DNA of 32,000 nt from Bdellovibrionales bacterium (GTDB lineage: Bacteria > Bdellovibrionota > Bdellovibrionia > Bdellovibrionales > UBA1609), in contig OZ252021.1 of assembly GCA_965247685.1 (NCBI GenBank), positions 1 to 32,000 of the forward strand, read 5' to 3'. The notes under the pieces are model-generated. The model was not told the origin of the DNA, did no database searches, and saw only the letters and a list, made by a program, of their open reading frames with translations. Every line of letters starts with the position of its first letter. Positions within the stretch are counted from its first letter, which is position 1. The position numbers were made by a program, and so were the translations under genes. Shown one piece after another: positions 18,752-27,900 of the stretch.

Positions 18752-19987
18752 ATGAGTGCACAAACCCTAAGAGGAATGAAAGATCATTGGCCTGCCCAAA
18801 GTGACTCTTATCGTTTAATAGAAAAAACAGCTCGAAAAATACTTCATCAATTTAATTATCAAGAAATTTCCACTCCTTTACTTGAAAGTATTGAAGTTTT
18901 TCAAAAAACTTTAGGCACAGATCTTTTAGATAAAGAACTTTATCAATTTGAAGATAAAGGAGGCTCTGCTATTGCATTAAGACCTGAAGGAACGGCTGGA
19001 GTTGTTCGAGCTTTGATTAATGAAAAAAGCTTAATACTTCCTCTTCGATTGTTTTACTTAGGTCCTATGTTTCGCTATGAGCGTCCACAAAAAGGAAGAC
19101 TCAGACAATTCCATCAAATCGGATGCGAATTTTTTGGAGAATCCTCACCATATGCCGAGCTCGAACTGATTCAAATAGCTGTGAATTTTCTTAAAGAACT
19201 TCAAATACTTCCTCAAACTCAATTGATTGTTAATAGCATTGGAGATGAAGAAAGCCGCCATCAGTATAGAGAAAAACTCTTAAAATACCTAGATCCTTAC
19301 AAAAAAGATTTAAGTGCAGAAAGCCAAGTGCGTCTTATTAAAAATCCACTTCGTATTTTGGATTCCAAATCTGAACAAGATAAAAAAATATTAAAAAAAG
19401 CTCCTCGCCCTTTAGATTCACTCAGTTCTTCATCTCGAGCTTTTTATGATGAAGTTTTAAACCTTCTCACTCAACATAACATTTCTTTTCAACAAAAAGA
19501 TTTTCTAGTTCGAGGTTTGGATTATTATTCACATACTGTATTTGAATTTATAAGCTCAAGCCTTGGAGCTCAAGATACTGTGCTGGCTGGAGGAAGATAC
19601 GACGCTCTCGTTCAAACTATGGGCGGCACACCCTGCCCTGCTATCGGATGGGCTTGCGGTGTAGAAAGATTATCTCTTCTTTGTCCTATTCCATCCCGAT
19701 CTCAGACTTTAGTTTCGATACTGACCACAGACTCCTCTTTGGAAAAAGAAAAAATGACACTCGCTCAAAAACTTCGTGAAAACAGTATTGCCGTCTCACT
19801 TTCCTATAATTTGGATCAAGCCTTGAAAAAGCAATTAAAAAAAGCTCATCAACAAGGGTATTCTCATGTGTTGATATTAGGACTCAACGAGTGGAAAGAG
19901 AATCAAGTGATTCTAAAAAATATGAAAACAGGAGAACAAGAACTCCATTCCAAAAATCTTGAAACCATTATTCCTCTTCTTCGATGA
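18752..19987 (+). CDS. hisS: Histidine--tRNA ligase
   Basis: RGMKDHWP, RPEGTAGVVR, MFRYERPQKGRLRQFHQIG and AGGRYD, plus a C-terminal anticodon-binding domain; 411 aa. Confidence 0.95.
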   Translation: MSAQTLRGMKDHWPAQSDSYRLIEKTARKILHQFNYQEISTPLLESIEVFQKTLGTDLLDKELYQFEDKGGSAIALRPEGTAGVVRALINEKSLILPLRLFYLGPMFRYERPQKGRLRQFHQIGCEFFGESSPYAELELIQIAVNFLKELQILPQTQLIVNSIGDEESRHQYREKLLKYLDPYKKDLSAESQVRLIKNPLRILDSKSEQDKKILKKAPRPLDSLSSSSRAFYDEVLNLLTQHNISFQQKDFLVRGLDYYSHTVFEFISSSLGAQDTVLAGGRYDALVQTMGGTPCPAIGWACGVERLSLLCPIPSRSQTLVSILTTDSSLEKEKMTLAQKLRENSIAVSLSYNLDQALKKQLKKAHQQGYSHVLILGLNEWKENQVILKNMKTGEQELHSKNLETIIPLLR

Positions 19988-19998
19988 GGATTGAATCA

Positions 19999-20550
19999 TT
20001 AAGAGTATTCTTTGATTTGAATAACAGCAAAATTAATTTCTCTAACTCCAGCCTCTGTCAAAGTGTACATAATTTTCTTAATACTTAAAAAATCAATATC
20101 TTCATCGGCCTGTAAAGTTAACTTTTCGTAGGGAAAAATACGTGACACTCCTTCTCTTTTGGTCACCACCACATCATTTTTTGTCTCTTTCTTCAAAATT
20201 TCAATTTCTTGATTCACTCGATCTCTTAATTTTTCAATCATCCAATCTTTATCTCTTTGCACTTCAGAAAAAGTAGCCATTTTTTGACCATTAAAAAGCA
20301 CGGCATCTTTAGAGAAAATGACCACCAAAGAAGGGACGAGTTGTGCTGTACTTGTCGCCTGAGGAAGATCCACTTGATTTGAAATAGGTAAGATCTGATT
20401 CGTAGAAGCATAGTTTTGTAAAAGAAAGACTACTAAAACTGTGAACATATCCACCATCGCTGTTAACTGAAGAACAGCCACCACTTCCCTTTTTGAAGCA
20501 TGTGCTCTTTTATTTCTACGATCTCGGAATCCAGGAACATGAATGGGCAT
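19999..20550 (-). CDS. ExbD/TolR-family protein, second paralog (at the AglS position of the stator trio)
   Basis: Basic N-terminus followed by a single TM segment with a conserved acidic residue (LQLTAMVDMFTVLVVFLL) and a periplasmic alpha/beta domain. The ATG overlaps the upstream stop by 1 nt (TAATG at 20548-20552). Confidence 0.8.
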   Translation of the reverse strand: MPIHVPGFRDRRNKRAHASKREVVAVLQLTAMVDMFTVLVVFLLQNYASTNQILPISNQVDLPQATSTAQLVPSLVVIFSKDAVLFNGQKMATFSEVQRDKDWMIEKLRDRVNQEIEILKKETKNDVVVTKREGVSRIFPYEKLTLQADEDIDFLSIKKIMYTLTEAGVREINFAVIQIKEYS

Positions 20551-21026
20551 TACATCACCTCTCCTGTTGCAATAGTAATTCCCGAAAACCCTTGGGCTAA
20601 AAGGACATCCATTGCCTTAATTAAATTTTTGTAAAGCATTTGATCTTCTGCCGTCACCACCACATCTATTTTTTGAGGATAGCTCTTTTTAATTTTCTTC
20701 AAACTCTTTTGAAGGGCTCTATGGTCATACTCCCCTCTTCGAGAAATAGGAATAAGTTCAATCTGCGATCCCAACACCACTTTATAACCACGAGAAAGCA
20801 CATCTATTCGAAACGGAATTTCTGCAAGAGGAGTGACAACAGCAGGAGGTGTATCATCTACTTTTTGAGCATAAACACTGCTACCTAATTGAATCATTGA
20901 AACCTGAGTCCAAACTGCAGTGATAAGCAGGAAGATAATACACACACTCATCAGGTCAATAAATGGAACTAAGTTAAGATCCACAACACCCGATCTTTTA
21001 CCAGTATTCTCTTCAGTATAAGTCAT
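20550..21026 (-). CDS. ExbD/TolR-family protein, first paralog (at the AglQ position)
   Basis: DLNLVPFIDLMSVCIIFLLI is the classic ExbD/TolR TM segment with the conserved Asp; 158 aa. Confidence 0.85.
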   Translation of the reverse strand: MTYTEENTGKRSGVVDLNLVPFIDLMSVCIIFLLITAVWTQVSMIQLGSSVYAQKVDDTPPAVVTPLAEIPFRIDVLSRGYKVVLGSQIELIPISRRGEYDHRALQKSLKKIKKSYPQKIDVVVTAEDQMLYKNLIKAMDVLLAQGFSGITIATGEVM

Positions 21027-21066
21027 GTATCACCTTTTAAAAAATCTTAACTAAACTTTTATAGCT

Positions 21067-21750
21067 TTAAGATTTTTTCAAAGCTTTATCTCGGTTTGAA
21101 ACCACATGATTCATCAAATTCATCGTACTTTCCAACATATCATTAATAGCCCGACTAATTTGAATTTGAAAGAACCCATAAGCCACGATAGCTATAATTG
21201 CAACAAACAAACCAAAAGCTGTACAGTTTAAAGCTTCCGAAATCCCTTTAGAAAGTAAAGCCGCCTTAGTTGCAGCATCTGATTCAGCCACACCACCGAA
21301 AGCTCGAATCAAACCTATAATGGTACCTAACAAACCCACCAAGACACTCACATTGCCAAAGACTGCCAGCAGTGAAGTCCACCCTTCTAAACGAGGAGTT
21401 TCCCGAAGTACAGAAGCATCCATAGCGACCTGCACTTCTTCATCCGGTCTCTTGTTCATCACTTGAACTAAACCTGCTTTCATTGTGTTGGTTAAAGGAG
21501 CGGGGGTTGCATCACAAAAGGCAATGGCCTGTTGTATTTGACCCTGTAACACCATTCCAAAAATGGAACTACTTGCAGATGCTTTATCTATAGAGAATTT
21601 TCTTAGATTAAAAAGCCGTTCTAAAATAAGCACAAACACAAGGATACCGACAGCAGCAATGAAGTACATCGCCAAACCGCCTTCGCAAAAAGCTTTAGCA
21701 AAAAAGTTGCTATAGTTAACACATTCTAAACCTTTAGCTAATTCGTCCAC
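21067..21750 (-). CDS. MotA/TolQ/ExbB-family proton channel (at the AglR position)
   Basis: Three TM segments. ExbB/TolQ signatures GLLGTIIGLIRAFG and EALNCTAFGLFVAIIAIVAY. GTG start at 21750 is preceded by AAGGAGG with a 7-nt spacer. Confidence 0.88.
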   Translation of the reverse strand: MDELAKGLECVNYSNFFAKAFCEGGLAMYFIAAVGILVFVLILERLFNLRKFSIDKASASSSIFGMVLQGQIQQAIAFCDATPAPLTNTMKAGLVQVMNKRPDEEVQVAMDASVLRETPRLEGWTSLLAVFGNVSVLVGLLGTIIGLIRAFGGVAESDAATKAALLSKGISEALNCTAFGLFVAIIAIVAYGFFQIQISRAINDMLESTMNLMNHVVSNRDKALKKS

Positions 21751-21866
21751 AAAGACACCTCCTTAATTTAAGCGTATTCCAATGAATACTCTTTTATTTC
21801 AACAAAATTTGAATAGAATACCAACACTTTTTTTTGTTCTCCTTTTATGTGTCTAAAAAATATCCA

Positions 21867-23939
21867 CTAACTTCCAACAAAGACAAATGGATACCCCACG
21901 ACACCTTGACCTCCAGGAGGAACGACTCCTGGAAATTTCCAAGTTTTTAATCGAGCCTTAATGCATTGAGCTAATTTTTTACTTCCTGAGCCGTTACTTA
22001 AAATAGAAACATTCTTGACTACTCCATTATAGATTGTCCATTGGACTTTGATCCGACCCTTTATAGATGGATTATTTTGTAAAACGGAACTATGACACCG
22101 AGCGAGTTGCGCTTTATGTGCTTGTACAATTCTAAAAATAGCGTCCTTATCTAAATTCCCTTCTACATCCACCTCAGAAGTACCAAAGGAAAGATCGACA
22201 GATCCTCGATTTCCTAATCCTCCACCTCTTCTATACCCTTTGATTCCCCCAACTTTTCCTTTTGTAGAAATTCCAGCAATACCGATAATGTTTGAGCCTC
22301 GCCCCCCTGAACCAGCATCTTTAAATTTCGTACCTAGACCATCACCCTCATAAGTCTCTGCAGTTCCTGAAAAACCAGTTGCTTGATCCGCAAGACCTCC
22401 AAGCTCCCCAGCACCAGAATAAGCTTTATCCAATTGTTTTTTCATTCCACTTTTTCCAAAAACTCCAAGTAAACCCACCTTGTTCGGATCGGGCTTTGGA
22501 CTTCTCGCTCCTGAACCTGGTTTTTTTGTCTTAATAGGTGAACTGCCAGATCGTGCAGTAGTCACAACTTTTTTCCTACTTTTCGCTTTTTTCTTGGAAG
22601 CTACCGCACCCATACGTCCTTTTTTAGACTTGGCTTTCTTTTTTATTTGCGGAGTTTTATTAGATTTCTTCGGAGATTTTTTCATTCGAATAGGAATATT
22701 TTTTTTCTTACTTTTTTGGACTTTCTTTTCTGCAATGCGTATTATTTTTTTGGGTGATGGAGGTTTAATTTGCACCACCACTCGACGAATCTTTGTTTCC
22801 TCTAACTTTTCCTCATCCACTAAAGATGGATAATAAACTCCAAAGAAGAAAAATAAAACTAACATGAAACAAACCGAAAGTCCTAACCCAACCAATTCTG
22901 CTTCATTAAAACCAAACAAAGCTCCGGGGTTTGGTTTCGCTTTCAAAGCCGTATAACGAATATATATATGTAAAGAAGAAGAAAAATGAACACAAATAAT
23001 TTCATTCTGCCCTAAAGAAATGCAATAGCCTGAAGGAACTTGATTCATTACTCCTTTTTCAATAGCCACCTTAAAACTGACAGACTTGTTGTTTCGAATA
23101 ATTTTTCCACTCATATGAGAACCAATATGAACCTGAGCTACAGATCCTGTTTGCACTAAATTATAAAGCTCATCGTTCACCATATTAGGTATACGAATGG
23201 AAGCCTTGGAATGATTTCCTATAGTGACGACCTCGTTTTTTTTCGCATGATAAACAGATATAACGCGATCTTCCCAAGCAACCAACACCTCAACTTTATC
23301 CCCTTTTCCAATAGGAATTTCTTTTTCTAAATTTTCAATACGGCTTTTTGGAGCAAAAGTTTTTTTGGACATACGAAGAGGAAGAAAGTTTTTCCAAAGG
23401 TTTTTTCCTCTAGAAGGTGTGGTATCTAAGTTTCGTGAAAGAGGTTTTTCTTTTGGTGGACTCACCTCCTGTGGAGAATCCAAAACTTTTGGTTCTTCTG
23501 TTTTCTGAATGGGAGGCGGAGTCGACTCAGAAATATCAGGAGATTCTGAAACTTCCAATATCTCTTCTTCCACCGCCCCTTCGAGAGGTGGAATCTCTTG
23601 TTCTTTTTGTGGATGGCTTGTTGATTTTTTATGACTGTAAGGAGCTCCTAAAAAAAACTCAATCAAAAACGGAGCAATTTGAATTTTATCTCCTGACTGA
23701 ATCACAGATTCTACTATTTTTTGACCATTGAGCAGTGTTCCGGAAGAACTGCCTAGATCGGAAAGAAAATACTCCTCTCCTCTTTTTTCAATAAAAGCAT
23801 GCCAAGGCAATATATCATCCGCTTGCAGACGGACTTCAATCTCTTCATTGCTCCCAATAGAGAAATGTTCTTCGCTCAACTGCTGAATATTCAAAAGCTT
23901 ATTATCTTTATAAATTTTTAAAAAAATAGTTTTACTCAA
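21867..23939 (-). CDS. FHA-like domain / single TM / Lys-rich linker / Gly-rich segment / TonB_C-like C-terminal domain protein (GltG/AgmX- or NfsG-like)
   Basis: The N-terminus has an FHA-like pattern: FSIGSNEE...LPWHAFI...DLGSSSGTLLNGQKI...GDKIQI. An acidic Pro/Glu/Ser linker follows, then a second beta-rich region and the TM segment LVGLGLSVCFMLVLFFFFGVYY. Next come a basic linker (KKVQKSKKKNIPIRMKKSPKKSNKTPQIKKKAKSKKGR...) and a Gly-rich stretch. The C-terminal approx. 90 aa follow a TonB_C-like pattern (IKGRIKVQWTIYNGVVKNVSILSNGSGSKKLAQCIKARLKTWKFP). Confidence 0.75.
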   Translation of the reverse strand: MSKTIFLKIYKDNKLLNIQQLSEEHFSIGSNEEIEVRLQADDILPWHAFIEKRGEEYFLSDLGSSSGTLLNGQKIVESVIQSGDKIQIAPFLIEFFLGAPYSHKKSTSHPQKEQEIPPLEGAVEEEILEVSESPDISESTPPPIQKTEEPKVLDSPQEVSPPKEKPLSRNLDTTPSRGKNLWKNFLPLRMSKKTFAPKSRIENLEKEIPIGKGDKVEVLVAWEDRVISVYHAKKNEVVTIGNHSKASIRIPNMVNDELYNLVQTGSVAQVHIGSHMSGKIIRNNKSVSFKVAIEKGVMNQVPSGYCISLGQNEIICVHFSSSLHIYIRYTALKAKPNPGALFGFNEAELVGLGLSVCFMLVLFFFFGVYYPSLVDEEKLEETKIRRVVVQIKPPSPKKIIRIAEKKVQKSKKKNIPIRMKKSPKKSNKTPQIKKKAKSKKGRMGAVASKKKAKSRKKVVTTARSGSSPIKTKKPGSGARSPKPDPNKVGLLGVFGKSGMKKQLDKAYSGAGELGGLADQATGFSGTAETYEGDGLGTKFKDAGSGGRGSNIIGIAGISTKGKVGGIKGYRRGGGLGNRGSVDLSFGTSEVDVEGNLDKDAIFRIVQAHKAQLARCHSSVLQNNPSIKGRIKVQWTIYNGVVKNVSILSNGSGSKKLAQCIKARLKTWKFPGVVPPGGQGVVGYPFVFVGS

Positions 23940-23957
23940 TGTATGATAGCCTCTTTT

Positions 23958-24218
23958 TTACTCCAGTTCTCCTGCTGTTCGTCTCATTTCAGGAAGAAAA
24001 TCCTTTTTCAAATCCACAAGCTTATCATATTCCAATTGTTGCTTATTGAATAAGTGAAAAATAGTCGGGTTTTTAACATGACCTTCAATAAATTCATCTT
24101 CAAAGTCTACAGTGTATATTCGTTTTTTCCCTTTCTTCGCTATAGCTCCACTTATAAAAAGAGCTGAAGCAATGATCAAGCCAACATATAATATTTTATA
24201 TTTTCTAAATATTTCCAT
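23958..24218 (-). CDS. Small single-pass membrane protein (at the gltF/nfsF position)
   Basis: 86 aa with one TM segment (ILYVGLIIASALFISGAIA). It starts 3 nt after the upstream stop and ends 18 nt before the next start, so it is embedded in the operon. Support is positional only. Confidence 0.5.
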   Translation of the reverse strand: MEIFRKYKILYVGLIIASALFISGAIAKKGKKRIYTVDFEDEFIEGHVKNPTIFHLFNKQQLEYDKLVDLKKDFLPEMRRTAGELE

Positions 24219-24221
24219 ATA

Positions 24222-24971
24222 TTACCTCTTTTTATTAAGTTTCTTTTTTAACAATTGCACTCTTTTTCTATCCCTTGAATTTCGAGCCCTAATGTCCGCA
24301 CGATCAAGCATTTTTTGTGCTTCTTCGTAGTCATTAAAACTTTCCATTAAAAGCAACGCATAATTCATTAAAATCAAAGAATTTTCTTTTTTCTTTTTTA
24401 TAACAGTTTTGTAGATTTTTCTGGCTTTCTTCTCTTTTCCAGACAATCTTAATGCCAGAGCATAGTTATGTGCAATAGGTGCAAAGAATTTAGACAGTTG
24501 ATCATCAGAATAAACATCTTCCAGTAAAGGTAGAGCTTTTCGTACATTCAAATTTTCCATATAAAGCGAAGAGAGTGCAACTCGAGCTGGATGATAAGAC
24601 CTACTTTTTTTCAAACTCTGCTCAAAAGCAAGAATTGCTTTTTGTTCATCTTTTTCTTTCAAAGCAATAAGACCTTGAGCGTAATACAAGGCCTCCTCAT
24701 GAGGATGATATTGAACTGCTTTTTCAAAAAGAATCCGAGCAATTCCTATTTGATTTCTTTCTAAATGATATGTTCCTAATTTATACAAAGCACCTAAGTG
24801 TTTAGGATTCTCAGATAAAACACGGCGAGCCCAAGTTTGAAATCGTGATAGATTTTTACTATTATACGCTTGATTCATTTTTTTTACTTTCTGATCCAAT
24901 GAAAGAATCTCTTCGGCCTCAACAAAAAGAGCAAAGATCCATATCAAAGTAAATAATTTGAATTTACTCAT
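24222..24971 (-). CDS. Secreted TPR-repeat protein (GltE/AglT- or NfsE-like)
   Basis: Track ORF 24222..25070. The start is moved to the ATG at 24971, which forms an ATGA overlap with the stop of the 1040-aa gene. This gives the signal peptide MSKFKLFTLIWIFALFVEA. Several TPR-like units are present (e.g. GALYKLGTYHLERNQIGIARILFEKAVQYHP). Confidence 0.7.
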   Translation of the reverse strand: MSKFKLFTLIWIFALFVEAEEILSLDQKVKKMNQAYNSKNLSRFQTWARRVLSENPKHLGALYKLGTYHLERNQIGIARILFEKAVQYHPHEEALYYAQGLIALKEKDEQKAILAFEQSLKKSRSYHPARVALSSLYMENLNVRKALPLLEDVYSDDQLSKFFAPIAHNYALALRLSGKEKKARKIYKTVIKKKKENSLILMNYALLLMESFNDYEEAQKMLDRADIRARNSRDRKRVQLLKKKLNKKR

Positions 24972-27900
24972 CTCAAAACTCCAGCAGGAATAGTCCTTAA
25001 AGCAGATCCCTCTATAGAAAAAGATCCTTTTTCCAAATTGATATTTTCTAACTGCGCCTTTTTCAACCATGAGGTGTAACTGAGTGAACTTCTCGCTTTT
25101 TGAATAGCCTGAGCATAATAACCCTTGGCCACTTTTTGAAAAGGAGTCGCTGTTTTTACAAGCCCTTTCTTATAGGCTTTTCGACCTTGAGCATCTAACC
25201 CTTTGGGTATAGGAGAGCGAATGATCACATTATAGAGGTGGTGATTAGACAAACCCATCAAAGTCAAAGAGGCTATAATTTGTGGATTATAATTCAGTCG
25301 AATGACATTTTTAATATCTTCTTTCAAACGATTGAGTAATTGAAGCTTAGACCGCATGGCTCGAGCCTGTTGATTTGGATTAGAAGATAAACGAATGCGA
25401 GTAAACTTATTATAAATTTGTTCAGAAGAGTAGAATCGAGCTTGAGAAGCGTACTCCACACCTTGCTTTGTTTTTCGGTACATATTTAAAGTTATACGAT
25501 ACCATTTTTGCATCTCTTGTTTTCTTCTTAATTTCTTATTTAACTCAGCAATACGAAAAGTAGACATCACTTGAGCTCTTTTATTTTGATCGGGACGATT
25601 CAAGTATTTCTGATAAAGCTGAATAGATTTGGAATAACTTTTCCTTCTTTCATACATTCGAGCAATCAAGAAGTATACTTGATTTCTTTCCACTCCTTTT
25701 TTACTCAAACGAAAATACTTCATGTAAGCTTCTTCTGCAGATTGATAGAAGTTTAAGCCATCAAAAATAATAGCGGCATTATACCAAAAGGAAGCAGCAT
25801 TTTTATCTTTAGGATAAGTTGTAGCATAACTTTTATAAGATTGAGCTGCTTTGAGATACTGCCCAGAGTTTTGAAGAATTTCCGCTATATCCCGCATCAC
25901 ATTTTTTTTAATTTTAGGATACTTCGAAAGCTGTGGAGAGTTATAAAGTATGTCATAAAGATTTCTAGATTTACTAATCTCTTTTGCCTTCTCATAATTT
26001 AAAGCTGCATTGTAAAGCGCAACTACGGTCAAATCGGAGCCTGTATTTTTACGATAAAACTCTTCATACATCTTTGCACTCGCTTTATATTTTTTATTAT
26101 TAGCTAAATCTTGGGCTGCTTTGAACTGAATTTGCCTTAAAATTTTATTAATCTCTTGAGCAATAGGTAATTTTTGAATCATAGATTGTTTAAGAAAGTA
26201 CTGCCCTGTCTTTTTTAAAGAATCAAAATCTTTTATCAAGTTATAAGTGTCCAATACTAAGTGAATCGATTGAGTATAATAAGATTTTTTTGATGAAGGA
26301 TAACTTCGAATCAAAATCATCCAATACTTAATAGCTGTTTTGTAATGTCGATACTCCGAGTGCAGATTAGCGAGAGTATATATAATTTGAGGGGCTTGAG
26401 ATTTTTTCTTATACCTCTTTAAATAATCCCCCACCGCTTCTTCGAAGGCTACAACATTTGAAGGAAAAGGAACAGCTCCAGACTGACCCTTTAAAGAAGC
26501 TTTCACTTCTCGTTCATTTGGTAATGCTTTTTCTAAAGCTAAGATTCTATTCCAAGAAGCTACAGGGTGGTTTTTAGATTTTGGATAATTATTCACTACA
26601 ACACTATACTGTTTCACCGCATCTAAAAAACGACCGACATCAAAAAGAAGCTCTCCGTATTGAAAACGAATGTCAGAATTAAAATCTGACTTTGGAAAAA
26701 CCAAGGTATAAAGTTGATAAGCTAATAAAGCTTGTTCCTTTGCATACTTTTGCTTGCTCTTTAAAAAAGAATGGTGCATCACAAAGGCATAGTTTCTTAT
26801 CGTCAGCTCCATTAATTTATTAGATTTTTGAATCAATTCTTTTTGAGAACGATGCTTACGAGACCAATCACTTTTAGGACCATAGTTCTTCACCCATTCT
26901 TTAAGTTCTTTATTAAAAGTTTTTCGATCTCCTTTATAAGCATAGACTTGAACAATTTCATGTTTATATTCAAAAGCAAAACGATTCAAGGGAACAAGTT
27001 TTAAAATAAAATTAAATACGAAACGCATATTTTGATATTCACCCGCATCCTTGTAGGCAAAACCTACTTTTCTCAATATAGATAAAGTTTTTTCTTCATC
27101 ATTGGTTAAATCATAAAAATAAGAATAAGCATTACTGGCTTTATAATTGGAATAAATATAAAAACTTCCCAAATCATTTAAAGCTTCCTGCGAAAGATCG
27201 ATAAAAATTAAAGATTTCCCTTGATTTTTTATTCGAGACTCTTTAATGAGACTTGCCAAAACCTTTATTGCATTAGAGATCCGACCTTCGTTGTAAAAAC
27301 ACCAAGCTATTTTATAGATAGAAAAAGAATAAAACTTCGCTCGGTATCGAGAAGCTCTACTGTAATACTTACGAGCCGTCTTCCATTGATTTTGTTCAAA
27401 GTAGTGATCCCCTAAGTGAAAATAGGCGTCTTCAATGTTGCTGTTTTTAGGATATTGACGAATCAGCCTTTCATAATATTTTTTACCAATATGAGGTTTT
27501 CTAATCTGAACATAACTAAACCCTAAATTAAAAAGAGCGTCCGAAGCATATTTTCCTTTAGGGTATCTTTGAATATAGGATTCGTATAAATTAATGGCTT
27601 TTTGAGAGTACTCCTTAACTACGGATAAGTTGATGCGAGGGGCTCTTGTAGTCGATCCCATTTTATATAGCTCTAAATCTTCTGTGTATTTTTCATAAAT
27701 ACGACTTTCGATCAAGCGAGCCTGCTCTACATAAAGAGAGGCGAGTCTTAATTGGATATCCGATCGAGGACTAATTTTAAGAAGTTCATAAAGTTGTTTG
27801 ATCTCCCTTAAGGTCACATCTTCGAGTTGAGCTTCATCACTTCCCTTTTCAAAATAAAGACGACTGCTAGAAGGAGGCTTCACATATTTTAATAATTCTT

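Noticed and set aside
19999-23939. Reading the TonB-like / ExbB / ExbD / ExbD block as an ordinary TonB iron-uptake system or as Tol-Pal
   Set aside because: A tonB-exbB-exbD1-exbD2 order does exist in some bacteria, so this reading cannot be fully excluded by eye. Against it, there is no TonB-dependent receptor and no tolA/tolB/pal/cpoB. The block is also fused in one direction with three TPR genes and three barrels in Glt/Nfs order. The 690-aa protein is far larger than TonB and has a cytoplasmic FHA-like head.
24972-25070. 33-codon N-terminal extension of the 282-aa TPR ORF
   Set aside because: It lies entirely inside the 3' end of the 1040-aa gene in another frame. The ATG at 24971 forms an ATGA stop/start overlap and yields a proper signal peptide.
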